From positions 13,764,001-13,828,000 of the forward strand of contig OZ365113.1 of assembly GCA_977030845.1 (NCBI GenBank): a stretch of DNA of 64,000 nucleotides. Reading direction: 5' to 3'. Each line of letters starts with the position of its first letter. Position 1 is the stretch's first letter. The translations under genes were made by a program, and so were the position numbers. This DNA is from Fimbriosthenelais zetlandica (lineage: Eukaryota). The notes below the pieces were generated by a model. That model was not told the DNA's origin. It did no database searches and saw only the letters and a list, made by a program, of their open reading frames with translations. Shown one piece after another: positions 1-13,900 of the stretch.

Positions 1-1104
1 GATAAGTTATTTTCATGTTCCTCAACAAGTCTTTATGGATAATGGTCAACTTTACTGTACCCCTGATTGAAATATATTTTATCTTGGGTTGAAGTGACTA
101 CAGTATTAACTATTTACAATCATAAATCATGGCATCTGTAGAACCCTACAGATTAACTGTCATGTACTATGTCTATGAAAGGAGCACCTACATGTGCCTC
201 CCCACACTCCATAACAAATACAACCTTCAAGATTGACATAAGTTTTTGTGTATAAGAACGTAACCCCTTCCCTCTCAGCCCACACTGGCTTATATTTAAG
301 GCCGAGGATAATAGGTGTTTCCTCCCATTTTTCTTGCACCTTCCGTTGTTTTGTTAACTCCGCCCAATGGATATTTTAGTGGGTGAATTTATCCTCAATT
401 CTAATTTCTATGACAACTATAATTCTTAGCTTTTCCTCTTTCCACTGAATGAACTATCTGATTTCCCCCTCCCACATTACACAAACTGTAAAAACATGAG
501 GTAATTTGTGGCCTTACCCAATGCGATCTGTGTCAACACCCGAGTTAGGAAAACCTCATAGTCATACATAACTTGCTTGCTCAATAAATTTAATATTTGT
601 GAAGGTATGGGTGTTTGATGATGGTAATATGTGACCGAGTGAACAATAGTATTTCATGTGAAGGTCTCTCCTTTTGAACACCCACACGTTCTCCTAGTGG
701 GGATGTTTGCTGGGGCTAGGTGGGAGAGGAAGGGAATGTGAGTGAATGTTGGAATGATTGGGATGGGGACAAAAATGTGATGGTTCCAGTTGAACTTTTT
801 TTTCATTTATTGCGGCTGAAACAACTGAAAATCAGGTCTGCTTAGTTGGAACTCGTGATTCTTGGCTGTTTTCTTTACTATCTCTTGCTTTGGCATGGCA
901 ATGGCAGAAGTGGATCCTACCTGCATTATGAAATATTTAATGAAGATAAATTCAGAAGTTTTCTTCCATCAATGGTAATGGTTTTAATTAGAAATGTTTG
1001 TATATTGAGGTGTATTGACAGGCTTTTAGTAACGGGTGGGAGGAATCAGGAGAAGTGCCTACTGCTGTAGGAGTTTGCTTACAGGAGGAATCAGACAGCT
1101 CACA

Positions 1105-1235
1105 TTGCTGTGTCTTGCTCCACGTAAACACCGAGTGAATGTATGGAGGCAGAACGAGTGACTCGCGAGCAGGTTATGGAGCAACCCCGCCCATCTGGGT
1201 CATACAATGACGCAGCGCCCGCGTTTTGCTGAATG
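1105..1235. promoter_or_regulatory. CpG-containing motif cluster, possible promoter or enhancer
   Basis: GTAAACA (Fox-like), TGACTC, TCGCGA, CCCCGCCC (Sp/KLF) and TGACGCA within ~130 bp of otherwise CpG-poor DNA. Confidence 0.25.
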
Positions 1236-2104
1236 TCCCCAATTCCCCCCTCCCTTTACTCTTCTTTCACTGACTTTCTCGGGACTTTCTCTCTCTCTCT
1301 GAGTCTCCCTTCCCCATCTACTAACCAGTGTAGAATGCACCATTCTGCACCTTAGCCTATCTATATATCACTACTCCATCCCTGTGCTCCCATTCTATCT
1401 TCCCTTCATTTATCTCTTATGCACCACGCCCTTCCTGCTCTTCTGTATCCCCCCTTCCCTCCTCCCTCCTACTGTACTCCCCCTGTACTCTCTACCATTA
1501 CAAAGTGGGACTTTTCCAAAAAGTAAAGAAAAACCTTTTGAGAAAGCAGCAGGGAGTTTTGGCATGCCAATGGGGATACCTGTTTTTCTCTGCACGGAGG
1601 AAACCTTGCGAGAATGTTATTATTCTTGAAACATTAGAAGTTGCATAAGAAGTCGGCCTCTAGCCTTTTGATTGATATATGGATATATGGCAGACCCCTC
1701 TCACCATCCTCCAGCCCTCCTACTCCAGATCCAGGCCTGACTAGGGCTAGATAGTCAGACCTACATTAGATCTCTGACCCTGTATCATATATATACCACC
1801 TCCAGCTTCTAGTGCAACTCCTGCACACCAAACATTTCATATATGATGGTTTGACCATCAGAACGATCATGAGTAAGCATGAAATTTATGAATATTAGAA
1901 ATATGTTCATTTGGCTAACTTTTAGTAATGGGAAGATATTTTATTTTCTCCCCAATCATGTATGAATTTGGTTCCTACTCCTAAGATCATATGGCTATAC
2001 AAAACATTCTGTATATGAAACATTCCTGAATCATGAAGATTCAGTCTCACTTCTGGCTGGAGAGAGTATAGCACTGCCACACTGATCCGTACCACCGCTA
2101 ACCG

Positions 2105-2129
2105 CCACCACCACCACCACCACCACCAC
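2105..2129 (+). repeat. (CCA)n microsatellite
   Basis: About 8 CCA units. Confidence 0.9.
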
Positions 2130-5100
2130 TCCTCCACCAGCCATCACTATATTCAACATGTACTGGTTACATGTTCTCATAGAAACAACACTTCCTCAGC
2201 TGGTGGACTAATATACTATACAACAAGTGAGTCATCATTTATATATATACCTGAATCACATCTGTGTGTTCTACTTTTTTTATACAAATATTGGTGAATG
2301 GTCCGGTGCATTTTGGAGGCAGGAGGTTTGAATTGCCAACTGTAATTAATAGACGAGTCAGTTATGTCTGGTACTGTGGTGGGTGACAGACATCATGCTG
2401 ACCCTCTTTCCCGCTGTTCTTGGCTAATAATTGACTTGCACAATAACTTGGTTATGATCAGAATATTTGAGAATAACCTGAATTGTAATATTGATGTCTA
2501 TGGATAGTTACCTAGTCTATTCTCCTATCCTGGCTGGCCCTATGTTGGAATGGGGCCGAGTTTAACCGTTGAGTATTTATCATTATTTAAAACTCATTGA
2601 CATGATTTAATGTTGGCTCTTGGAATATAAAGAGTATGGGTGAATGCTTGATATGAATCCTCATTCAAGACGAGAAGCCAAGAAAATAAATTCCCATTTT
2701 AATTAAACCTCCCCTGTCCCAGCATAAAGGTTGATGGGCAGCAATATTTTCAATGATAACAAAAATTGCAGGTTAAAAATAGATTTATTTATAAATTCAA
2801 AGTGTTAACAATTGAAAATCTTCATCCATTTCTCTCCAATGTGTCAGTGTGTGTACCCAGGACTAGGCCTGTGTTTATCCTTGCATACTCTGGTTTACCT
2901 GTTACATTTTTATGTTCAGTCACTTCACTGAGGAGGCAGGTTTGTCAACTCTAGAACACCTAACAAGAAGGCTCTATAACTTAGTCATAATTCATGTACA
3001 ACTCTTCTACCTGACACCAGTGTTGGCTTAGATTATGGCGCCTATCATGGTCAAATATTGTCACCATGCCTTCCCCAGTTCATTCAAATCAAGGCATATT
3101 TAATCCAGATACCCATGAATTCCCCCCAAATCATATTTTCAACTTTTCCCTTTATTTCAGGGGTCACTCAATTTCAATCATTTATTTTTTCATGAGGATA
3201 ATAAAATATGATGAATTTTTCCTGGCCTAGGGGTCTTTTAAAGCTGGGGTAATTGGTGTTTACCTTAAACAGGAACTAGAAGAGCACCTCAAACATGAAA
3301 CACTCAGCTTGTAGGAAAGTCAACAGGCAGGGCTAGCTATACTGGTGTACACGGAGTACATGATCATATGAAACCTGGCGCCAACAGGTGTCTATGGGTG
3401 CTCTCATAATAGCATTAAAACTTAAAGGTGCACCACTTTTAACCCATTTTATAGTTCACATCAGAATGAAGTGTCACTCATGAGCAAACCCTACTTGTTA
3501 GAACCCATGTAGGCGATGTATTCTTGTATTGGTCAAGGGCTTGTTCCTCTGCTATATATTCAGTTCACGATACCTCATCTCTTATTACAACTTAGTATAA
3601 GGTGTACACATGTATTGAGAATTTCAACTGGAAGTGGGAGTGTGTGAACAAATTGTGTATTAGGGTGCATCACATGAGAGAACCCCATAATATTGGATCC
3701 CAACCATTATTATCACACCTCAGTCTAGGGTCATATGAGGATGTGCTTTCATATACACACACTACATGCTAGACACGCCATTACACATATACAAGCAGTA
3801 CTTATATCATTGATATGCCAGCCTGCTGCTATTAATGTGTACTATATACAGTAATCGTCAGTATAATAAGTACATTGTATAGTGTACCCTTAATGGATAT
3901 ATGTATCTGTATGGATGGTCTGTTAGTGGTGTGAACCTTATCCAGTGATAGAGAGTGAGATGTATGTACTGTATTCGTGTATGAGAGACAACTATGCTGG
4001 CCAAGTATTGGTGGTAGTACAGGCGTGCATATTTATTATTGTTTCCTATAGAAACAGACCTGGGAATTTTTCATCAAAATTTATAATATTATTTGATGTA
4101 TAAAGATTGCATGGTCTATAAATACCTGGTATCAAAACATGGAGTGGGAACAGGCTTGTATCATGCCATGATCCTTCTCATATATCACAGTGTTACACGA
4201 GGCACAGTCTGAGAATTGATTTATATTCCAGACTCCCCCTGGCTATGGTTATAAAAAGGCCTGGAAAAGACTTTGGATTCTTTCCATCCAAAAACCAGGA
4301 GAAACAAAAGTTAGTGCCATGGAAACTGAACAGGAAAAGTTGAAATGATAGAAAGGACTGCACTCAGTGATGTATCACTTCCATGAATGATTACACACAA
4401 TGCTAATGGAAAATCCAGCCCTGTTAACAATTTATTCAAGTACTTTTTAACATCTACTTAAATTTGATAGAAATCAGATCGTTTAGAGAAATCCTTTCCT
4501 GTTTATTTTTCTCCTTTCCACTTAAAAACCAATACTGTCCATGGAACCGACACATTATCAACTTCCCGACATGGTATTTTGTTTTATTCTTTTTAAAAAC
4601 TGGTTTATCAGATTTTACTGGGGCCATTTCCAGTCGGTATGTTTGCTCTTTTCCCTTGGCAGGTGAAAAAATACCACCTTCTTTCTGGCAGATCTCCCCT
4701 TCTTTCTGATAGAAATAACTGTGTTGAAAAGGTTGTAGCTAGCGTGATGATTTCGATTTAGTCAGGTGGGGTAACATATGACCTTTTTATCAGGTTAGAT
4801 ATTGACAAGGTTTGGTAATGTTTTCTCTGGTCATTATACACGGCTACATGCACATGCAGATACGTTCTCTTACTCCATCTGTCTCTCACCCTCTGTCTCT
4901 CGTTCTCCCCTTCACTCTCTTTCATGTCCTCCTCCTTCAGTCTCTTCTTGTACCCTGCTCTATTCTCCATTTAAATACCATTATGTATGACTGACCGCCT
5001 ACGTGAATATGTCACAGAATCGACAGCTTGTCATGGATATAAAAAATATCTCATGTTGACCTAAAAATCCATGCAGGTCACACGATGTGTATTTTTCCGA

Positions 5101-7454
5101 GTCGCCTTCAATTTAGTTCTAATATTTTTGTCATCGCCCGCCAGTAGACCTGCATATTTTGTTCTATATACGTTACCATTGGATATCACCTGCTCTTTGA
5201 TTTGTGCTGTATTTCATATAATTTGTTTAAACCTTTCTCTGCCTCTATATATTTCTCATGTCTTTTGAATGCGCTTATTCTGGAAATATTTATAAGCATT
5301 TGGTAATTTTATATTCCTGAGTCATAAAGATATTATAAGATGATGTAGCCAAGAAAAATATGTTATTGTATACACACCACATTTGGTGCATTTTTGTTCA
5401 TATTTAAGGATACCAATGTGGTTCGTTGGTATTCAAGAGAAATCACAAAAGCAGCAAGAGATCCTTTTACCTTGACAAATTTTGCAATGGACAACAATCT
5501 AAACTGGCGACAAGAAAATACCTCTGCAAATATTGGAACTGGTGGCATCTAGTTTCCATTGAGACTGCTTGGAAATATATACAAGTGGTAACCTATTGAA
5601 TGCCAGGGCTCCACGTTTTTCTTATTTTGAGGAAAAAAGCGTTCACCCAACATTATTGAACTTAGGGCCAGATTCAGTATCTATTGAGGGTTGTTCTCTT
5701 TTAAATAGCAACCAGTAAGAAAATATTTATTTAAGTAATATATTTTCATTTATTCCGTATTAGGACATATATATGCTCCTTCTCTTCTTAGAACCCCTAT
5801 GGATATATAAAAAGATTTAGTTTGGATATTATGACATAGAACCAGCTAATGTCACGGGTGGGAGGCCTGATCTATTCTAACAACCATGATATATCTTGAT
5901 CCAAAAACAACATGGTCGACAGTTACACAGATGAACAGGTTCAGTACTTGCTTGTAGAGGATATGTGGGGAAATTGTGGAGAGATGGGGGATGGAGAACA
6001 ACATTCCTGGCCAATTGTTCGCTGGGGAGAGAATAGAGTTTGGCTTTTTCAAGCGTGTTAACCCTCCGAGAATCTGTAATCACATGGAAAATTTGGTTTT
6101 GAGGGAGATGTATGTATATGACTGAGACTGCTTGTAGCTTCATAGGTTTACATTATAACAGTTTTGTGAGTGGTGATCACTTTTAACACTCTACACTGTG
6201 AGTTTCCGGTTGTAAAACCACACAATATCAACGTAAGTCTTAAGGTGTGTTAAACAGTCCAGTTGGAGCCATGTTAAAATTGCCTGATTGCCTTTGACGG
6301 TTGGTGCCAAGTTGGGGTGTGAGGAAAATAGGCATGTGATGAGCTCAATTTGTGGAAGAGACCATCTACGAGCGTATGTTTCTAGTCAACAATAATATAT
6401 TTTATCTTATCTATCAGCTGGATATCTTGCATCCCAGAAGGGAATTTTCCATCAATACACCAACTAAAGAACACAGACAAGGATTTTGTGAACAGAATTA
6501 TGTAAAAAAAAAAAAAAAAAAAATTGTATACGGTAACAGCTTTGTTTAAATTGTAAGGGTGTTGTTAAATTTTGTCACTTTGACAGATTCCATTTGGAAA
6601 ATATCCCAAACAATTTGGATTGGGCTGATGATGGTTTACATGTTATTTCCGAGATTTGGCAAGGCGAATATCATTCACGAGCCTAAGGCGCAAACAGTGT
6701 TTTAATGCTTGGATCACTTTCGAAATGACATTTTTGTTGCCTAAAAATTTACGAGGCAAGTTATTCTTCGTTAAATGTAATTTTGGTGATTAAATTCTCA
6801 CATTTCATGTACTAAATTTCACAGGATGTAATTATATAAAGTTCATAAATACTCTGCATGAATATTTCCTCAGTTATGGCTGAAATAGTGAAGGAAAATT
6901 ACCTGATTACCTGAAAAGATTTAAGGATGGCCAAATCGCATGCGCCTGCTCGTTGATGTTTTTGCCAATACCGGGCCTTTTGGCTTAAAGATTGGAAGAA
7001 AATTATTGATTTTTTCCGAAATCACTACCTTGGGAGGTTTTGTTGATGAAATGTGTGTGGTTTCAATAGAAGTTGATACTGAACTGAGTGACCTATCTTT
7101 TTTGTCTGGCCACCTATCAATTACATATTCTCAAGTCGATGATGGTGGGTCATGAAAAAACCATAATCTGATATGTCTAAACGAGTGATGTAAAATCACA
7201 TGTGATGAGGGGTTTTTACTTCCATAGCTTTCACAAAATTCATGCCATATGATCAGTCACTGGTTTCCATTCTAAGAATCAGGGACTGGAATATGTTGTA
7301 TAGCAGTATTATGTCCTAGTTCTCCCATCTGGGTGTTGATATCACCAGCCTTGGCAAGGGGTCATTGATTCTCAATGATGTATGATATTCAAAAATGTCA
7401 TAATATAAATTTATGGAATATACCAAATAATAATAATAGGCCCAGTGTCATATA

Positions 7455-7642
7455 TTGTATGAATATAAAAAATTCTTGGTCGTTATTATAGTTGCTGCTA
7501 TTTGCATGATATTGTTCGATATCCAAGTCATGGACATTCAGTATAACAGTTCACGATTCTTGGAACAAACTCCATCGAATGATACAGGAAAACCATCAGC
7601 CAATACAACAGAAAGATCGTCTCCACCTTGTACTCCGTGGAG
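7455..7642 (+). pseudogene. Disabled exon for a type II membrane protein N-terminus (signal anchor plus stem)
   Basis: KKFLVVIIVAAICMILF followed by a stem with NSS, NDT and NTT sequons and an AG|gtacat donor; ATG 7459 is out of frame by 1 nt at an A6 run. Confidence 0.4.
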
Positions 7643-10131
7643 GTACATAGGCGTTTGTATTGTTCTAAATGCCAAGGTCAAGTGTGGAGACTTAACTCGT
7701 TATGTACATGTACATATATGTGTGGTCTAATTTTATAATAGTGTGCCATATTGTTCATTTAGATATAATTTGTTCCATATTCACACTCTTTAATTTCCTG
7801 TTTCGTAAGACAACAACAACTGATCTGGGATATTTATTTTAATATTAAATTTTACTGGAACTCCTATGATTATATAACAACCAGTGACCAGTGTGACTGT
7901 ATTTTCCCCAGGTAGGTTATCATCGGACCATGTACATTATCTAATGACAGCTTTGGTGTGATCCTCATGATTTAAACGTTTCATTGTTTGTAATTGTAGG
8001 TTTCCGTTCTTGCAGATAAAGAACAAAGGAAACAAAATCCATATCATTTTTCAAAGGATGAGACCCAAGTGCAGCATAGGGAGTGCACCCCCTGGTAGCT
8101 TTAGGACATGTACTTCTCACACAGTGACTTCAAATCATCTGCCCTGTGTACATTGACCAGCCGAGCATGATCGTGAGCCAGTCACTACCCCTTCCTTTGA
8201 TCATGTCTTGGATCTGTAGGGCAGAGCCATTGAAGTTAAAAATTACTCAAAATAGTGTGCTTCCCCATGCTAGTCTGACATGCTTCCCTGCCCATTTCCT
8301 GGTTTTCTTTGAGTCCATTATGAACCTTATTTGTAACTCAAGAATCATATAGTCCCTTTCAAGTTGCATCTGTGCTTGTATATTCAACTAAGCAAACGAG
8401 TTGTTCCTGTAAAATGGGCCAATGAGACTGGAGTTCTAGAATGGAAAATGGACACAAAAAATATAGAAAATAGACAAAAATATGAACATTTTGAAAATAG
8501 GGATAGGGCAGGATCCAGAAATCTATGCTTGGGGGACTGGGAACTAGTCCAATAGAGGCGTTTTGCGGACAGAGCTTTTAAAAGTTAAAATAACTCCATA
8601 TGGAAGCATGGGTTTAGTGCAGAGTGGGGTCTTTACATGGAGCCCTGGAGTTGTAGCTTTCACTGTTGGTGGTATGGCTACAGGGGCGAGGAATGCACTG
8701 ACATTTTCATCATTTCATGGCACACCGGTCCGCCGCTATGTCCGTCAGAATCTGCTGCCAAAAACCCTCCTCATTTAGCCTTCTAGAAGAGGAAGACAAG
8801 CCGCCAGACTTGACATACCAATCTCCTTTCATCTCCAGACTATAAGCCAAAAATTATAAAAACATAACAAATCTCAAGTAAAAATCTCATCATGATAATA
8901 TTTTCTCAAAACTTTACTTCAGATTTGGTCATCTAGAACATGTTGAAATGAGTGGTTTTTAAATTGACTCAGAGGTTTTTTTCCATCCAGGCCTGTGGAA
9001 GGGTTAAATATGGGGAGGTCTTTGGCACTAGACACTATATAAGCTAAGACGATTCTAAGTATACCACAGGAATTACATATAGCTGGAAGAAATGATTTAT
9101 ATAGGCAGTTGGGAGTCTCTCAAATGTACCTCCTTCCTCTGCATGCAAATGTACCTACCGCATTGTCAGCTTCTGATATTGAAGGAAGTAGCAGATTGAC
9201 ACTGGCTGCTTTGGAATATTCATTGAGAAGGCATAATATAAGTTTATAAAAATGATATTCTGTATTACATTCCATATAGGCCTACCTACAAATAGAATAG
9301 ACTGCAACCTTCCAAGAGGGCCAGCGGATTCTGTATAAAGCCTATAATGGGATGCTTATATATACTGAGAAATAGACTCAGTTACTTGTTGCCTTGCCAG
9401 AGGCAGATCTGCACTCTTACTTACATAAATATGAATATCTTTAGGATAATTTTATATATATATATCTCTGGTCCTCCTTATTTTCCACCTGACAACATCT
9501 GAATTGACTTGCTCAGCTGGCTTCTGGACAGAATGATATATATACTCGTCATATATGAGGTCATTTCATGGAATACTTCCTATAATTATAATATATCCTA
9601 TCTATCACATCAAACACATGTAATTAAGTGTTGTTTGTAATTATCATAGATCTGACCTCTAAACTTAAAATTAATCACGTCTAAGATTTAATAACATATT
9701 CAGTGAAGCTAAAGCAGTAAAATTCACTCAGCATGTCGCTCTCACAACCAAGGTTTTTACCCTGACAATATTTATAATATAGCAGCATCATAAAATAACC
9801 CTAGTGGTTACCATCAGCTTAGAGTACAAGTTATAAAAACTAGCTTCATATATTCATAATATATAAAGCCAGCTCCGGGGACGATCTATCAGGGAACTGA
9901 CATTTAATAGTTTTCTTACGATAGATATGTTGTGCTTGTGATAAAAACATCTGTCTAGGTAGAGTTGATGCCAGACTGGGAGAAGTATAGATGTTTATTT
10001 CTAATAATAATCCCTTCTTACAAGCTTAGGATTCCTGACACCTTATGCCAACCATGCCAAGTCAAATACATACTTGCTACTCTAGACCTGGCTGCTAATC
10101 CTTCTATATAATGTACATGATTTTGATTAAT

Positions 10132-10238
10132 CTGGGGCGGGTCTAGGGATGAAATTTTTGTCGCTCAAATAATGAATTCCCCCCCTCACAGGGATGGCCG
10201 CCACTCAACCATTTCACAAAGTCTTGGGTCCGCCCCTG
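10132..10238. mobile_element. Short MITE-like element with GGGGCGG(A/G)TC...GATCCGCCCC-type termini
   Basis: ctggggcgggtctagg ... cttgggtccgcccctg imperfect TIR; related right end at 63703-63718. Confidence 0.55.
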
Positions 10239-10419
10239 TTAATAACTTAAATGAATTTGACTTGCAAAGGTTTGTAATATGATCGTACATAGTGGATTTT
10301 TATCTTTTCAGGTGTGAGAAAATTTGAGAATTTGGAAGGCGGCTGGTAGCTGGGACCGTGGATTACCTGAGTTTCCCTGGCGGGGGAAGACCCTGAGTCG
10401 GTGTGATACACGGGGGGAG

Positions 10420-10497
10420 ATGTCTACAAGCTTTCACATCCTCCAGATAATATCATTAGTTGACAAGCGCTCATATAGTCTCTACCCTGTGGGATGA
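10420..10497 (+). other. uORF (25 aa, MSTSFHILQIISLVDKRSYSLYPVG*) whose TGA overlaps the main ATG (ATGA)
   Basis: ATG 10420-10422, stop 10495-10497, main ATG 10494-10496. Confidence 0.6.
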
Positions 10498-10944
10498 CCC
10501 ATGGTCATTTATCTAAGGAGAGTCCGAAAGTGACCTCCACTTTCAGGGGGATATCTTCCTCCAGCTTATCACCACTGACCAGTCCAAGTATGGACTGGAC
10601 AAGTGACCAACAACTACTACCTAAACCACCACCCATACTATCTACTGGCCATCAGGGCCCTGGGACTGTGAGTCCTCACTATTCTACCTTCCCTTCACCT
10701 CAACTCGCTCACTCACTGCTCACATCACAGCAAAGTGTCCAAAGACTGTCGTCCTTCACAGACTTCAGTCTAGGCCTGCTCTCATATGAAGGGAATGGAA
10801 AAAAACTAAAAGCTATGGATACCCAAACTAAGCCCGATGCTCAAGGAGAAAATAACAACTCCAATACTAGTGGAAGTGCGAGTAATTTCGGAGTAAGACA
10901 CACGTCTAAATTGTCTGTGAAAGTTGGCAGTAATTCCTCAATAG
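10494..10944 (+). CDS. PLEKHG4: RhoGEF first coding exon (Ser/Pro-rich N-terminus); exon begins at 10312 with 5'UTR
   Basis: Acceptor ttttatcttttcag ends at 10311; in-frame TAG upstream of ATG 10494; donor ATAG|gtaagt at 10944/10945; phase 1 matches exon 16799. Confidence 0.7.
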
Positions 10945-13900
10945 GTAAGTTGTTATATATATCGGTATTTAATACTACTGGCAGGAAATGTGAAAGTCTA
11001 TATCTGAAGAAAAAACTTGGCCTGTCTTATATTAGATCGTCAATAATGCAATGCAACCTAAGGTCGTGTTGCATTAACCTTACCCAGGTGGGCATTAACC
11101 GAGTGATATGTGACTATATTGGAACCATTACAAAAATATCTCCAAACTCACATGTTCACATATTTGCAGTTGTTCCCATTTTTACTCGTGCATGTTTGGA
11201 GCATAAATAAATGAAGGATAATTTTGTAAATGTTTACTCAGCCTAACATTAAAACAAAAAAGATGTAGGTGTGGTTAGAATGCAGGAAACCAACTTTGAC
11301 TTTGCCCAGCCTAACCCGAGGCAGGTGGGAAGTGAGGCAGGTTACATGGATGCTGTCATAACTAAGACTGATTATAAACAGAGATGGTGATATATATGAC
11401 CTGTTAGTGTTGCCATGTGTGGGTTGTGTGCTATGTGGAATCTAGTTGGGGTTAGCCAGTACAGATATAACACACATTTCATTCCCTGTAATCCCTAAAC
11501 TTGATATTGCCTGCGGTATTAAGGTATGGCAGGTTGGGATGTGAGGGGTGATATTTCATTGAGTAGAGGGGTTTGTGGGAACAGGGTCATATATTATAGT
11601 TGGCTGGTGCCAAGGTATCACCATCACTCAGAGGCTGTGAAGCTGGTTGTAATTACAAACCGCCATGTTTTTTTCACTATTAAACTGGTCATATAAATCC
11701 GATTTTAAGGCCACAGTAATAAATTAAGTCCAGATGGTCAGATACCGGTATCTGACTCACTCATTAAAGCCTGCTTGATAATCTTTTTTGTCGTCATTTA
11801 AATGAATTTAATTTTTACCTACAAAATAGTAATTTCCAGCAAAATTTAAATAATGCATCCTTCCAGCATCCCAACTGGCCTCTCTATGTTTTTGTGTGAC
11901 CTGTGATGGGGAATCCCCTCTAGGCATCCCTGGGGAGCCCGAGGGAATCCCTGGGGCTTCCCTGTGGGTCTTTCGCACACACTCTTTTACTCTACCCTCA
12001 GGGAGTTTAACTAGACCTGTTTTCCCTGACCATATGAGGAAAAGTAGAGCACAGCATATTGGTTTCCCATCACAGACCTTCCCAGGGGCTCTGTACAGAA
12101 TATTTCCATTAGTAAATTTGAGAGGCTTGTAAAGTATTATTGGGACATGTTGATTTTTGTCAAAGGACAGCATGCAAGGATTGATTTCATTCCCTTGGGC
12201 TTGGGGAAAAAAATCGATAATCGATTTTAGAAGGCACATTTTCAAAGACTTTTTAGGAATCTATGCAAACCTTCCCAGGGGATGGATATTTTATCAATCT
12301 GTTGAATCCCCTTTGTAAAACGTTTTATTGGGAAGCGGCTTGCAGGTGACCAAAAGGAAAATAAGGAGGATTAAGGTTAGGAAATGACATAGTTTTATCA
12401 GTTTTTATCTCTTGAGAGGGCTGATTGTGGGGGCGGGCTCTGAGCACTCGGTGTTTACTATTAAGATTTATGTACTCATTATCATCTGTAAACTTGTTCA
12501 TACTATCTCAGCTATCTAGAGTCTGTCCACATAGATAAGTACAATGTCACTCGTACTGGCAGTAAGTTTGACTACAGAATATTTTACTGACCCTTCAGCA
12601 AATATAGACACATATAAAAGTATCTTAGTAGAGACAGATATGCAATATAATCTGGATGTTGAGTTGTGATATGGGGCTTTGAGGCACTCAGTAGGTAGTG
12701 GAGTATTTATGACTATACAGTGTTGCTATTTTCCCAGCCTCTGCCTACCATTTCCACCTGCCTGTATAATTAGATGAGGTGAGTTATGGCAACACGGTCA
12801 CTGGGTCACTGCTTTATGCCCTAACATTGTTGTAACTAAAGAACTATGGACAGGAAAAAAGGAAACAAAATTGTCTGGAAAGAAAATGGAACAGACTCGG
12901 CATTCAGAGAACAAAAGAAAAAATGGCAACTTCCCAGTATTCCTTTTGTACTTCAGTTGAGACGATTTAGGAAAATTATACTTCGTTTTCATATTATAAA
13001 GCTTCATTTTATCAACTGTTAATCTGTTTACCTCGCTACGATACAGCTAGGGGGTCGATCTACACAAGGCCACACTCTCAAAATGTGTTTTGGCCAAATT
13101 GAGAATTATGCCTCTGGTATAGTTGAATTCAGTCAATTTATCTTCTCGTTATTTTTTGTCATTTTTAACTTCATTTCAAAAGTGTCTGAGTAGAGTTGAC
13201 GTCAGAAACTGGCAAGGTATCAACGTTGAAACAACGTTCTATTGAATACTGCCAGTTGCTCATGATAATATTAGATGTAGCCCCGCCCCGCCCCGCCCCT
13301 CCACCCCCACCCTCTCTCCACACCACCCTAAATTTACCCCTTTGTTTCATTATGGTGTAGTCTCTTTGTTTCATGTAATGGGTTTCCCCCAGAGCTGAGA
13401 ATTTAAGGGCAAGGGGAAGCAATACTTTGGTAATCCATCATTGACCAAAATAGAAAAACCGAGATTCATAAATTAATTCATTGAACTATTATTCAATGAT
13501 ATCAAAACATATTAAAGATACAATTAATGCAAATTGATTAATTGTGAAAAACACGTTTTAAGTTACCCATAGTGGCGTACTGCGCCGAGCACACATTTTA
13601 AATTCCTTGGCCTAATGTAATTCATTTCAAAGGGGAAAACCGCGGGGAGAGGGGTGAACCGATTGTGCAACAAGAATCAGGGGGAGGGGGAGCGGGTGGG
13701 GGGCGGGGGTGGTGGTAGAAGATGGGAACGTTACTGGAACGCTGGCCAGACGTTGCTGATCTCCAGCCAAAACGCTCGGTGACAACAGCTGGTTGCCTTG
13801 GTAACCATCAGAGATGGCCAGCACTTCCATTCATGGGGGACTTTTAATATAATACCTTCATGGATTTGTCTCTATATATACCTCGAGTATAGGTATAGAT

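Noticed and set aside
1922-2137. Poly-Trp ORF (MEEWWWWWWWW...) on the - strand
   Set aside because: It is a translation of the (CCA)n microsatellite, with no other coding signal
10945-11210. C-terminal 88 aa of the 238-aa ORF 10494-11210
   Set aside because: Read-through past a perfect ATAG|gtaagt donor; composition becomes intron-like
11880-12290. Region with short inverted and direct repeats (gggaatccc, accttcccagggg twice) as a defined MITE
   Set aside because: I could not identify terminal inverted repeats or a target duplication; probably an old repeat fragment
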